A stretch of DNA of 64,000 nt from Clostridia bacterium (GTDB lineage: Bacteria; Bacillota; Clostridia; UMGS1883): contig JAFUOO010000004.1 in NCBI GenBank assembly GCA_017472685.1, positions 158,903-222,902 on the forward strand, read 5' to 3'. The notes under the pieces were generated by a model. The model saw nothing but the letters and a program-made list of their open reading frames with translations, searched no databases and was not told the origin of the DNA. This document shows positions 28,397 through 36,884 of the stretch, in pieces. How positions within the stretch are numbered: position 1 is the first letter of the stretch; the number at the start of each line of letters is the position of its first letter. A program made the position numbers and the translations under genes.

Positions 28397-30079
28397 ATGG
28401 AAAGCCGTGTAAAAATAAAAACAAGGAATAATTCAGAACATAAAGATAAGAACAGGGTATATTTTGCTTGCCATCCAGATGATTTCGAAATAAGCTTTGA
28501 TAAAATTACTGATAAAATTCTTGAAAAGCAAAATTGCGCAATATACTATGGTATAACTGATAAAGCTATGAAAGAAGATGAATCTATAGCTGTTTTATTA
28601 CAGATGCAACTGATTGTTATACCGATAACTGAAAAATTTTTGCGCGAAGATAATGGTGCCTATAATATTGTGTTTAAGATAGCGATTGAAAACCATATTC
28701 CCGTTTTGCCGATTATGCAGGAAGAGGATATAGGGGACTTATTTAATGAGAAATGTGGAAAACTCCACTACCTCAAAGAAACAACCGAAACTACGGAGAT
28801 AAGTTATGATGAAAAAATAGAGAGTTTTTTGAATTCTGTATTAGTCAACGACGAGATAGTAGAAAAGATACGTGATGCATTTGCAGCATATATTTTTTTA
28901 AGCTATAGAAAAAAAGACAGAAAATATGCACAAGAATTAATGAGACTTATACATAAGAATGATTTCTGTCGTGATATTGCGATTTGGTATGATGAGTTTT
29001 TGACGCCCGGTGAGAATTTCAACGATTCTATAAAAGAAGCTATTAAAAAAAGCGGATTGTTTGTACTTGCGGTAACACCGAATTTGATAAATGAAACAAA
29101 CTATGTAATGACAACGGAATACCCTATGGCAAAGAGAGAAGGAAAGCTTATACTTCCTACAGAACTTGTTCCGACAGACAGGAAGGCACTCGCTAAAAAG
29201 TATAGTGATATTCCAACACCTATAGATATAAATAATGATATCGAATTTTCAGATGCTCTTCTTGATTCTGTTAAGAAAATAGAAATTAAGAAAAATGTTA
29301 TCACGCCGGAACACAACTTCTTCATTGGACTTGCGTACCTGGATGGAATTGATATGGAAATTGATCATGCACGTGCTCTTGCACTTATAACCAGTGCTGC
29401 AGAAGAGCAACTTGTGGAGGCAATGAAAAAATTGATATCAATGTATAAAAGAGGAAAAGGTGTTTGCGTAGATTATATCATAGCACTAAACTGGCAATAT
29501 CGTTTGGTAAATATACTGCTTCAAAAATTTAACGCTGAAAAAACGGTAGCTGCTTTTTCGGAATATTTCCATGAATTGTTTAATTATGTCGGAGATTTGT
29601 ACAACGAACGAGGAGATGGACCATATGAGTTAGGTGCATCCAAAGTGCTTGAAGATTGCATCTTATATATTGATGGGCTTCAAAGGGAGAGACATAAAGA
29701 ACTTCAAGAAAAATTCAACAAGGATGATGTATTAAGAGAATGCTTGCGTGATGATGAAATGATGAATGTGTTAATAGAAACAAGACAAAAACTGCGTTTT
29801 GTGGCAGAAAGATTCTTGCCAAAAACATGTGATCTTTACAGGGAATTGATTTATGACAAAAATCAGGACAAAACGCCTTCCCAAGCTGTTATCAGGTGTT
29901 GGCTATCATATTTTTCTGAGTACGCAGGAGATATTGAGGTTGCCATGCAATATAGAAAAGAAGCAGAAAACATTATAGGGGATTACGCATCAAAGGATAC
30001 TGGAGATGTCAATGAGCTATGTAAAAAATGTGGTATAGGTATATGTAGTATGAAAAAAATCATTGACAGCTTTCGTTAG
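28397..30079 (+). CDS. TIR-domain protein with an N-terminal domain of unknown function and a C-terminal Sel1/TPR-like helical region.
   Basis: Internal TIR (AYIFLSYRKKDRKYAQEL ... WYDE ... LFVLAVTPN...S.YV..E). N-terminal VYFACHPDD region of unknown function. Terminator follows. Confidence 0.55.
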   Translation: MESRVKIKTRNNSEHKDKNRVYFACHPDDFEISFDKITDKILEKQNCAIYYGITDKAMKEDESIAVLLQMQLIVIPITEKFLREDNGAYNIVFKIAIENHIPVLPIMQEEDIGDLFNEKCGKLHYLKETTETTEISYDEKIESFLNSVLVNDEIVEKIRDAFAAYIFLSYRKKDRKYAQELMRLIHKNDFCRDIAIWYDEFLTPGENFNDSIKEAIKKSGLFVLAVTPNLINETNYVMTTEYPMAKREGKLILPTELVPTDRKALAKKYSDIPTPIDINNDIEFSDALLDSVKKIEIKKNVITPEHNFFIGLAYLDGIDMEIDHARALALITSAAEEQLVEAMKKLISMYKRGKGVCVDYIIALNWQYRLVNILLQKFNAEKTVAAFSEYFHELFNYVGDLYNERGDGPYELGASKVLEDCILYIDGLQRERHKELQEKFNKDDVLRECLRDDEMMNVLIETRQKLRFVAERFLPKTCDLYRELIYDKNQDKTPSQAVIRCWLSYFSEYAGDIEVAMQYRKEAENIIGDYASKDTGDVNELCKKCGIGICSMKKIIDSFR

Positions 30080-30093
30080 TGTGTTTAAAGACA

Positions 30094-30128
30094 AACAGCC
30101 TTCGGTTTAACCGAAGGCTGTTTTTTTG
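30094..30128 (+). terminator. Rho-independent terminator closing the kinase-RyR-TIR cassette.
   Basis: Hairpin aacagccttcgg-tttaa-ccgaaggctgtt followed by T7. Confidence 0.65.
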
Positions 30129-30196
30129 CCCCCCAAAAAAGTCAAATTTGAAACTGTGTTAATTTATACTCAAGGAAAAGCAAAGGAGAAATCAAC

Positions 30197-30589
30197 ATGA
30201 CAAGTATTATGATTAACACAAAATGCAAGCAGTACAAGAAGGACGACAAAGCAACACGGAGATCTATTAACGAATTAGCTGAAAAATTGATTCGAAAAAT
30301 AAACTCTGAAAATTGCTCCGACATCAATGAGATATTTAATAATGATTCTATTGTTTATGATCGTTTGAATAATGAGCTTTTTATATTCAAAGGACATGGT
30401 GTAAACAATACTCAGATACGAATGGTATATGGGTACAAGTCAGAGGGGAAAGATTCCGTGTTATATCTTGTTGATTATACAAGCAAGAAATCAAATAACA
30501 AAGAATACATAAGGGATATGAATACTCGATACAAGCAAACAAAAATTGTTGATATGGTTTTTGTAGACGTAAACTGCGTAGGAATCTAA
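30197..30589 (+). CDS. Small hypothetical protein, possibly RelE/ParE-fold toxin-like.
   Basis: AAGGAGA RBS. Weak resemblance to the RelE-superfamily core (LFIFKGHGVNNTQIRMVYGY...VLYLVDY). No adjacent antitoxin is recognised. Confidence 0.3.
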   Translation: MTSIMINTKCKQYKKDDKATRRSINELAEKLIRKINSENCSDINEIFNNDSIVYDRLNNELFIFKGHGVNNTQIRMVYGYKSEGKDSVLYLVDYTSKKSNNKEYIRDMNTRYKQTKIVDMVFVDVNCVGI

Positions 30590-30763
30590 AAATATACCTC
30601 TCCAAAAACACATAAATAAAATTCGTAGTAGAATCAACATAACATAAAGAGAGGACGTGATGCTAATGAGGACGATGTTTAAAAGCAGGGGTAGTTTTAA
30701 GAGTTTAAATTCACAAAGTTGTGTGTAAGAAAAAGCATGTGTAAAACAGAAAGGAAAATAATT

Positions 30764-31768
30764 ATGAAAAAATTAGTAGCAACTATCATGACAATGGTAA
30801 TGGTGGCATCAATGATTCTTAGCGTTAATGTTTCTGCGGCAACAAGTTATCCTTCGCTGTCGAAGACTAATTATTGTGAATTTGTGGCAAATAAAGACAT
30901 AAAGGTATACAATTCCAGACTCTGTGACACAAGAGGAACGATCGTTCCTGCCAAGAATTACAATGCATTGGTGGAAAAGGGTGACATATGTTACATTCAT
31001 TCGTTCGGAAAGACCAGTATTGTATTGGAATATCCTGTAGGTAATGGGACAAGAATCGGATACATAAAGACCAGGGATCTGTTGGGCGCTAATATAACCC
31101 CTGAAAGTTCATTTAAAGCAACAAGCAAGGTAACTACTTATAAGTATAAAAATGGTTCTAAAACCGGCTACTATGAATCAGGAGACACAGTATATGTGCT
31201 TAATGGTGCTAGCTATAACATAATTTATTCAGCTCCATCCAAAAATAGAGGGTACAAATTAGCCTACGTTGATACCGCAACAAAGAAGAATTCTACCGAA
31301 GAAACATTGACAAATGCATTATATAAAATTAATATTTCTGGGTCAAAAATAACGTGCGGCTTTGATGGATATGTTAACACATCGGGGCGTCATGAGGGAA
31401 TAGATTTCGCTTATGGCATAGGCAAAAATGTATATTCTTTAACAGATGGAACTGTAACTAATGTGGTTAAGGGATATAATGGTTCCGGTGGATTGTCTAC
31501 AATCGCAATTTATGACTCTGAAAATGATAAGACTGTAATATATCTGCATGCAGCTCCGTCAAACCTTCAGATTGGTCAAAAGATTGAGCAAGGGGACAAG
31601 ATAGCAACGGAGGCATGGAGGGGATGTTCTTCCGATAAAGGTGCGCATACACATGTGGAAGTTAGAAATGGTAGAAAGACTCATGCTGCAAAGAGCGTAG
31701 GGGACTATACGCTTGATAATAAAAATCCTAAAACCTATTGGAACAGTTTAGGGTATAGCGTTAAGTAA
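30764..31768 (+). CDS. Secreted SH3-like plus M23-like peptidase. Inverted paralog of 7778-8746.
   Basis: Signal peptide. Shares long blocks with the first copy (ASYPSLSKxNYCEF, EKGDICYI, YPVGN, GYIxTxDLLGxNIxPxSSF, KVTTYKY, RGYKLA). M23-like C-terminus (HEGIDF ... HTHVEV). Confidence 0.7.
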   Translation: MKKLVATIMTMVMVASMILSVNVSAATSYPSLSKTNYCEFVANKDIKVYNSRLCDTRGTIVPAKNYNALVEKGDICYIHSFGKTSIVLEYPVGNGTRIGYIKTRDLLGANITPESSFKATSKVTTYKYKNGSKTGYYESGDTVYVLNGASYNIIYSAPSKNRGYKLAYVDTATKKNSTEETLTNALYKINISGSKITCGFDGYVNTSGRHEGIDFAYGIGKNVYSLTDGTVTNVVKGYNGSGGLSTIAIYDSENDKTVIYLHAAPSNLQIGQKIEQGDKIATEAWRGCSSDKGAHTHVEVRNGRKTHAAKSVGDYTLDNKNPKTYWNSLGYSVK

Positions 31769-31876
31769 TGTCCAAACAGAGATAGATGTCTTGAAAGATA
31801 TCATTACTGACACAGAATATTCTGTGTCAGTAATGATGCTTTAGATACACAGAACAACATGATGGGAGGTTATACA

Positions 31877-33265
31877 ATGACTAAAAAAAGTATTTATATA
31901 ACAGTTGCATCAATAGTCTTAATACTATTCGGATTCTTTTATAACATTTATTTATGTAGTGAGTTCAATATGGAAAATGCTGCAAACCATTTATTAATAA
32001 TGGTTGCATTATTGTTCGGGGGCATTGTTGCAAGTGCAATTTTAAAAGAATGCAATGTTAAACTTTCAGAAATAAAAACTACATTGCCGATATACGTAAC
32101 AATATTGATTATATCGTGTGTTATCATGTTTGTGTTAAAAGCCCATAATATTGATCAAACAATTGTTAATTCTATAATGATTGCAATATCTGCTCTGTCA
32201 GGATGTTTATGCATAGGAGAATCAGTTGATAGAGATTATGCATTGGTCAGAGCGACATTTATTATTGGTAGTACCGTAGGATTATCTTATGCATTATGTG
32301 AGATTAGTACAACTGTAGTAGCTGCAGTAATGCTTGGTGTAGCAGAGTGTTTTGTAATATTTAAGTTGGAAAAGAATAAAAAGATATGGTGGAAGCTACA
32401 TATAACACTGACGGCTGTTGTGTTAGCAATATTTATAGGAAGTAGCTTGCTTTACAATGATGTTATTTCACAGCGCTTATTGTGGTATTTTCAGCCTCAA
32501 ACCAATGCACAGTTTGAGGTTATCAAAAATTTAGAATGGGTGAAATTTACCACTCATAGCAATATCGTTGAATTCTTTAATAGTGAAGCAGGGGTAGTAC
32601 ATTTACAGATAGCAAACTCTTTAGGCATAGTTATTTCACTGTCGATAATAATTATCCAAGCGATTCTTATAGTATGCATGTGTTTTCAGATTAAAAAGTT
32701 TTTAGGTAATAAAAAGCTTTTGGCAATTTGTTTTGTAGTGCCTGTTGTTATGCAGTTTGTAGTTGGAGTATTCTCATCTTTTGGGTTAATGCCTATAGCG
32801 GAAGTAGGAGCTATGTTTATTACAACTACAGGTTTAGAATTCTGTGTGCTGCCGATTTTTTTGTTTCTGTGTCTAAGCTTTGAAGGTCATGGAGAAGAAG
32901 TAAAAACAATGCTAAAGGAATTTATCTTTCCATCACTTGATGATCTCGATGAAGAAATTAAACAAATGCGTTTGGCGGGTGATTCAATAGAGGCGATTTT
33001 AGTTAACTATGATTGTACAGAAGATGTTGAAGAAATAAAAGAGCTGAGAGAACGCGCTATAGCCTATGCTATTGAATTTGTTAAGGCTATATATGAGAAA
33101 AAAGAATTTGATGATAGTAATTACATTGAAACATTAGATAGGTTAGAGTTTTTATTAAGAAAATATAATGAAAAATATCTGTTAAAAGATTGTCGAGGGT
33201 TAATGCATACATCTCTTATTCTATTATATAGAAATTTAAGTGAGGGGAGTAAGGCGGGCAAATGA
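31877..33265 (+). CDS. Polytopic membrane protein (about 9 TM) with a cytoplasmic helical C-terminal domain. Function unknown.
   Basis: GGGAGG RBS precedes the ATG at 31877. Multiple hydrophobic helices. Overlaps the next gene by 4 nt (ATGA). Confidence 0.45.
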   Translation: MTKKSIYITVASIVLILFGFFYNIYLCSEFNMENAANHLLIMVALLFGGIVASAILKECNVKLSEIKTTLPIYVTILIISCVIMFVLKAHNIDQTIVNSIMIAISALSGCLCIGESVDRDYALVRATFIIGSTVGLSYALCEISTTVVAAVMLGVAECFVIFKLEKNKKIWWKLHITLTAVVLAIFIGSSLLYNDVISQRLLWYFQPQTNAQFEVIKNLEWVKFTTHSNIVEFFNSEAGVVHLQIANSLGIVISLSIIIIQAILIVCMCFQIKKFLGNKKLLAICFVVPVVMQFVVGVFSSFGLMPIAEVGAMFITTTGLEFCVLPIFLFLCLSFEGHGEEVKTMLKEFIFPSLDDLDEEIKQMRLAGDSIEAILVNYDCTEDVEEIKELRERAIAYAIEFVKAIYEKKEFDDSNYIETLDRLEFLLRKYNEKYLLKDCRGLMHTSLILLYRNLSEGSKAGK

Positions 33266-33849
33266 GGGTGAGTACTACTTCATGGGATGAAAAGATAATT
33301 GGAAAAGTAATCGAATATATTAATAAGGTTATGGAAAAGGAGGTGAAGTTTTCAATTATTGAAACAGAAGAGTTCAAAAAACTTATATGGGGTGACTTAG
33401 AAAAAAGAGAAATCTATTTTTGCAAACGTTTCTGTAATACCGGTGATATTTCAGATGAAGCTATAATTAACGAAATAATTTTCTTTTATTCCTGCTATCT
33501 TTGCTATTTAGAAAAAGATTTTCGAATGGAAAGAGTGAGAACCGTACATCAAGAAATTTGCAATAGGGTTAAGATTGCATACTTGACGGAGGATGAAACA
33601 GAAGAATACAAGCGACTTGTGAGAAGACGTTTATTCCCTCTTTTGGATGGCGGTTGTTACTTCCGTGTTGGCGATAAAATCCGTTATCGAACCGGAGGTG
33701 GTCCATACAGATATATAATAACCGCAATCGAAAAGATAGATGACGAGGTTTTCATTTGTTATAAATTTTTAGAGCAGGATATATCCAATAAAGAGTTTAT
33801 GGAGACAGAGAAAGTTGTGTATGAAAATTTCCATGTAGTAAGCGAATAA
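33262..33849 (+). CDS. Hypothetical soluble protein, translationally coupled to the membrane protein.
   Basis: ATGA overlap with the upstream gene. No recognisable domain. Confidence 0.4.
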   Translation: MRVSTTSWDEKIIGKVIEYINKVMEKEVKFSIIETEEFKKLIWGDLEKREIYFCKRFCNTGDISDEAIINEIIFFYSCYLCYLEKDFRMERVRTVHQEICNRVKIAYLTEDETEEYKRLVRRRLFPLLDGGCYFRVGDKIRYRTGGGPYRYIITAIEKIDDEVFICYKFLEQDISNKEFMETEKVVYENFHVVSE

Positions 33850-34068
33850 GAGGGGATACATAATGTTTAAAATAGCCTGTAGCATAACATTTAAGTCAGA
33901 AGAGACGTGAAAAATTATAAATCTGTTAAAAGAATATTACGAGTGATCAGAACGCAAATTAATAAGTCATTGAAAGACACGGGAGTGAGATGTAGTTTTT
34001 CGGGAAAGATACAAAACAAAATGCTCATATTTTCTGAGTAAGGAACTATTAAAACTTATAAAATTTAG

Positions 34069-34330
34069 CGTCAGTGCACCTCTTAATCAGGGACTTCAAT
34101 TTGTGCCTCTGTCTGGGTTAAGTGCTCTATCAACTGAGCGTAGCGAAGTTGGCGTCCTGTGGGCGATGAAGCGAGTGCGGAGAGTTGTGCCGTGGTCAAT
34201 TTTGTATGAGTTAATGCGAATGAACAAAATTGGGTACCACAAACGGGCGACAGGTGTGCGAGCGGGGCAGTGAAGCTCACGAAGGTACCGCAAAGGTCAT
34301 CCTAACATGCAAAGTAACAAAAAATATACG
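34069..34330. other. GC-rich non-coding element of about 260 bp, an unassigned candidate structured RNA.
   Basis: The GC shift relative to the AT-rich flanks is sharp. Only short antisense ORFs without RBS are present. The 5' end contains cacct-cttaatcaggg, matching the tRNA-Lys anticodon arm. Confidence 0.25.
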
Positions 34331-34438
34331 TTCTCAATTGTCCAAATGTATGTCTCCAAATAGCTCCCGATAGAGAAATTTATCAAAAATTGTTGGAATT
34401 TGGATTGAGATATGTTATAATAAATGTGGTGATGTAAA

Positions 34439-35023
34439 ATGGATAATATTTACAACATAATAGTTACATGTTTTGTTGCTCCCGCTATATATGAGCTTTT
34501 AAAACATTTATTGCTTTTAGTAAAAAATAAGTTACAAGAAAGCAATGTTGAATACACGATTTCAGGATATTGGGGAGCTATTCATTCTGTTAAAGACAAA
34601 AATGGAAAAGAGCATACAGCATATGAACTTCTTAAAATAAGCCAAGAGGGCAACAAACTTTTTTCAAAACTTTATCAGCTCACAAATGACGAAAGATTTT
34701 ATACATACAATTGTGTTGGATATATTAAGGGTCAAAAAGTTTCTTTAGCTTATAGTGAATTGAACAATCAGTTTTCAAATGATACAGGAACTATAAATTT
34801 ATTAAGATATGAAAAATTTCAGCACACTCCGAATTTCATGGGCGTATATTCTGAATTTTCTAAAAGCGATACAGTATGTACATCAAAAGAATACAACTTA
34901 ATTCCAGTAAAACTTAATTTAAAAGAACGAATTTTATTAATTCTATTAAAGTCAAGATATGCAAAAATATATTTAAAAAAGGAAAGTTTTAAAAATGCTT
35001 TATACATGCAAAAGATGTGGTAG
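34439..35023 (+). CDS. Hypothetical protein.
   Basis: ORF with an N-terminal hydrophobic segment. No recognisable domain. Confidence 0.35.
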   Translation: MDNIYNIIVTCFVAPAIYELLKHLLLLVKNKLQESNVEYTISGYWGAIHSVKDKNGKEHTAYELLKISQEGNKLFSKLYQLTNDERFYTYNCVGYIKGQKVSLAYSELNNQFSNDTGTINLLRYEKFQHTPNFMGVYSEFSKSDTVCTSKEYNLIPVKLNLKERILLILLKSRYAKIYLKKESFKNALYMQKMW

Positions 35024-35402
35024 TTGCTGTAAAGGGACAATGGGACCATTTGTTTTTCCATCAGATGCAACTAGAATAAGTGATAGTTTAAATATTTCAA
35101 AAATGGAGTTTTTAGAAAAATACTGTATAAAAAATACACTTGGTTTATCTAACTTAGTAATAGATATATATTCTTTAAAGTTATCTGATAATGGATGTGT
35201 ATTTTTGAATGAAGACAATTTATGCGATGTATATGATTTTAGGCCCTATCAATGTGTTAATGCACCGTATCATTTTCTTTCTCAATCGGGCTTCTGGCAA
35301 CATATGAAATGTCTTGATTTTAAGTTGTTAAGTGAGAGTAACTCAGAAGAAGAGGATGCCGAAATTTTGAAAGAATTAATTGATGTTGGATATTCATTTT
35401 AG
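34995..35402 (+). CDS. YkgJ-family CxxCxxCC metal-binding protein.
   Basis: N-terminal CKRCGSCC motif plus conserved downstream Cys (NGCVF..NLCDVY..YQC). AAGGAAAG RBS. Confidence 0.55.
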   Translation: MLYTCKRCGSCCKGTMGPFVFPSDATRISDSLNISKMEFLEKYCIKNTLGLSNLVIDIYSLKLSDNGCVFLNEDNLCDVYDFRPYQCVNAPYHFLSQSGFWQHMKCLDFKLLSESNSEEEDAEILKELIDVGYSF

Positions 35403-35417
35403 GAAAGGAGGATAAAC

Positions 35418-35531
35418 ATGCCTGGACCGGTACAATCACCTAAAAAGGTTTTAGAATACTTGACCAATGCTATTAATAAGTTAATTAACGGTAGTAACAA
35501 AGGCGCTATTGAGGCAAGTAAGAAGGACTGA
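35418..35531 (+). CDS. 37-aa small protein (MPGPVQSPKKVLEYLTNAINKLINGSNKGAIEASKKD).
   Basis: Very strong AGGAAAGGAGG RBS. Followed by a strong terminator. Confidence 0.3.
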   Translation: MPGPVQSPKKVLEYLTNAINKLINGSNKGAIEASKKD

Positions 35532-35554
35532 AAAAGTATAATCCAAAGTTAAAA

Positions 35555-35597
35555 ATACGTATGCAAAAGTGTTTTTTCTTTTGCATACGTATTTTTT
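35555..35597 (+). terminator. Rho-independent terminator.
   Basis: Hairpin atacgtatgcaaaag...cttttgcatacgtat followed by T6. Confidence 0.55.
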
Positions 35598-35946
35598 AGC
35601 AACAATCGAGGAAGGCATTTTTTCCTTGGTTTTGTCTTCATACTTATCACTCCTTTATCTTATTTTAACACAAAAAAAGTAGACACTTTTTTTGTCTACT
35701 TTCATTTTGCCGTTTCATTCATTGGACGCACTTTTTTATTGAAAGAAAGAGGAAAATGAGAAAAAACAAACTGGAAAAAGAATGGAAATTCAAAAAAGTA
35801 ATTGATTCGTTAGCTTTGCAGAGTGAAGAAGAGGAGAGAAAACATAAGGAAATAATTCAGAAACGTACTGAATTAGAAACACAGTATGCTGACATAATAA
35901 CGAATTGTAAACAAGCTGATAAGAATTCAGTTAAGAAAATGCCGAC

Positions 35947-36231
35947 TTGGCTGGGGGGTTAATTGTTATACCGTTGTGGTTCTTGTTAGTATGTGCAGTA
36001 ACTGCAGTGATATTCTATTTGTGTGAGCTTACGAGAATAGAGTGGATTGAAAACATATCACTTCCTATAGTATTAGTGCTGGTTTATGTTGTAAGCCCAG
36101 TATTTTTATTTAAGTTTGTCCGCCATAGGTTTGGAGATATTACGGCAGATGAAATTAAAAAAAATACCAAAAGAAGTATAATGAATACGAAGAAAAAGAT
36201 GCTCCATTACGAAGAGGATATTATGAAATAA
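35947..36231 (+). CDS. Small membrane protein (2 TM), hypothetical.
   Basis: Two hydrophobic helices. Overlaps a 68-aa upstream ORF at 35756-35962. Confidence 0.3.
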   Translation: MAGGLIVIPLWFLLVCAVTAVIFYLCELTRIEWIENISLPIVLVLVYVVSPVFLFKFVRHRFGDITADEIKKNTKRSIMNTKKKMLHYEEDIMK

Positions 36232-36281
36232 TTAAGAGAAAGGATAAAATAAAAGACAGTATAGATTACAAAAAGATAGAC

Positions 36282-36760
36282 TTGCAAAAAACAGACAAAG
36301 AGTTGAACAAATATTCGTTGATTAATATAGAGATTAACGGCGTTGAAGATTTGGTTAAGAAATACATTACTATAGTATCGATATGTAATGACTATAAGTA
36401 TGCAAAGAAAGAGGAAGAAAAAATTTGGCAAGAATTTGACAAGCTTTTGGCTGGTGATAAATATACAGCGTATGTTTTACTGTTTAGTGCGTATGATGAT
36501 GGAAGAATAAAAAATCTTGATCTTGGAGCAAAGATGCTGTATATGGCAGCTGAATAGGGAAATGAAGATGCTGTTAAAATGCCCCCCGATATATGGATAA
36601 AATTGAAGAGCAAATAAGCAATAATTATTATGAAGCTGCTTGCAGATTAGCTGACGCTTTTAAGAGAGCAGGAATGAAAAAAGCTGCTGTACTGTATGAG
36701 ATTGCGAGTGAGAAGGAAATAGAAGAAAGGCAAGAAATAATATTGTTTTCGGAAGTGACG
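36282..36760 (+). pseudogene. Possible frameshifted remnant of a Sel1/TPR-like repeat gene.
   Basis: The ORF at 36282-36557 ends in ...GAKMLYMAAE. Sel1-like sequence (GNEDAVKM..., YYEAACRLADAFKRAGMKKAAVLYEIAS) continues in other frames up to about 36760. Confidence 0.25.
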
Positions 36761-36884
36761 TAATGAGAAGAATGAAAGAAAACTCTTCATCATATACTCC
36801 TGAATACACAGTGGAGCTTGCTCCTGTTATTGATGTATCGGATATGTAATGAATTAAAGCTCACGGATTTCGTGAGCTTTTTTA

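Noticed and set aside
34069-34150. Possible tRNA or tRNA pseudogene (D-arm-like GCTCAGTTGATAGAGC on the minus strand, cttaatcaggg on the plus strand).
   Set aside because: No acceptor stem or T-arm can be formed. It is kept only as an att or tRNA-remnant hypothesis in the findings.
34083-34293. Two overlapping minus-strand ORFs (65 aa each) inside the GC-rich block.
   Set aside because: They have no RBS and mutually overlapping frames. Their composition is driven by GC-rich non-coding sequence, so they are more likely ORF artefacts of a structured element.
36560-36880. Possible additional genes in the low-coding stretch after 36557.
   Set aside because: Only fragmented frames with Sel1-like sequence are present. 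It is interpreted as a pseudogene remnant rather than as functional genes.
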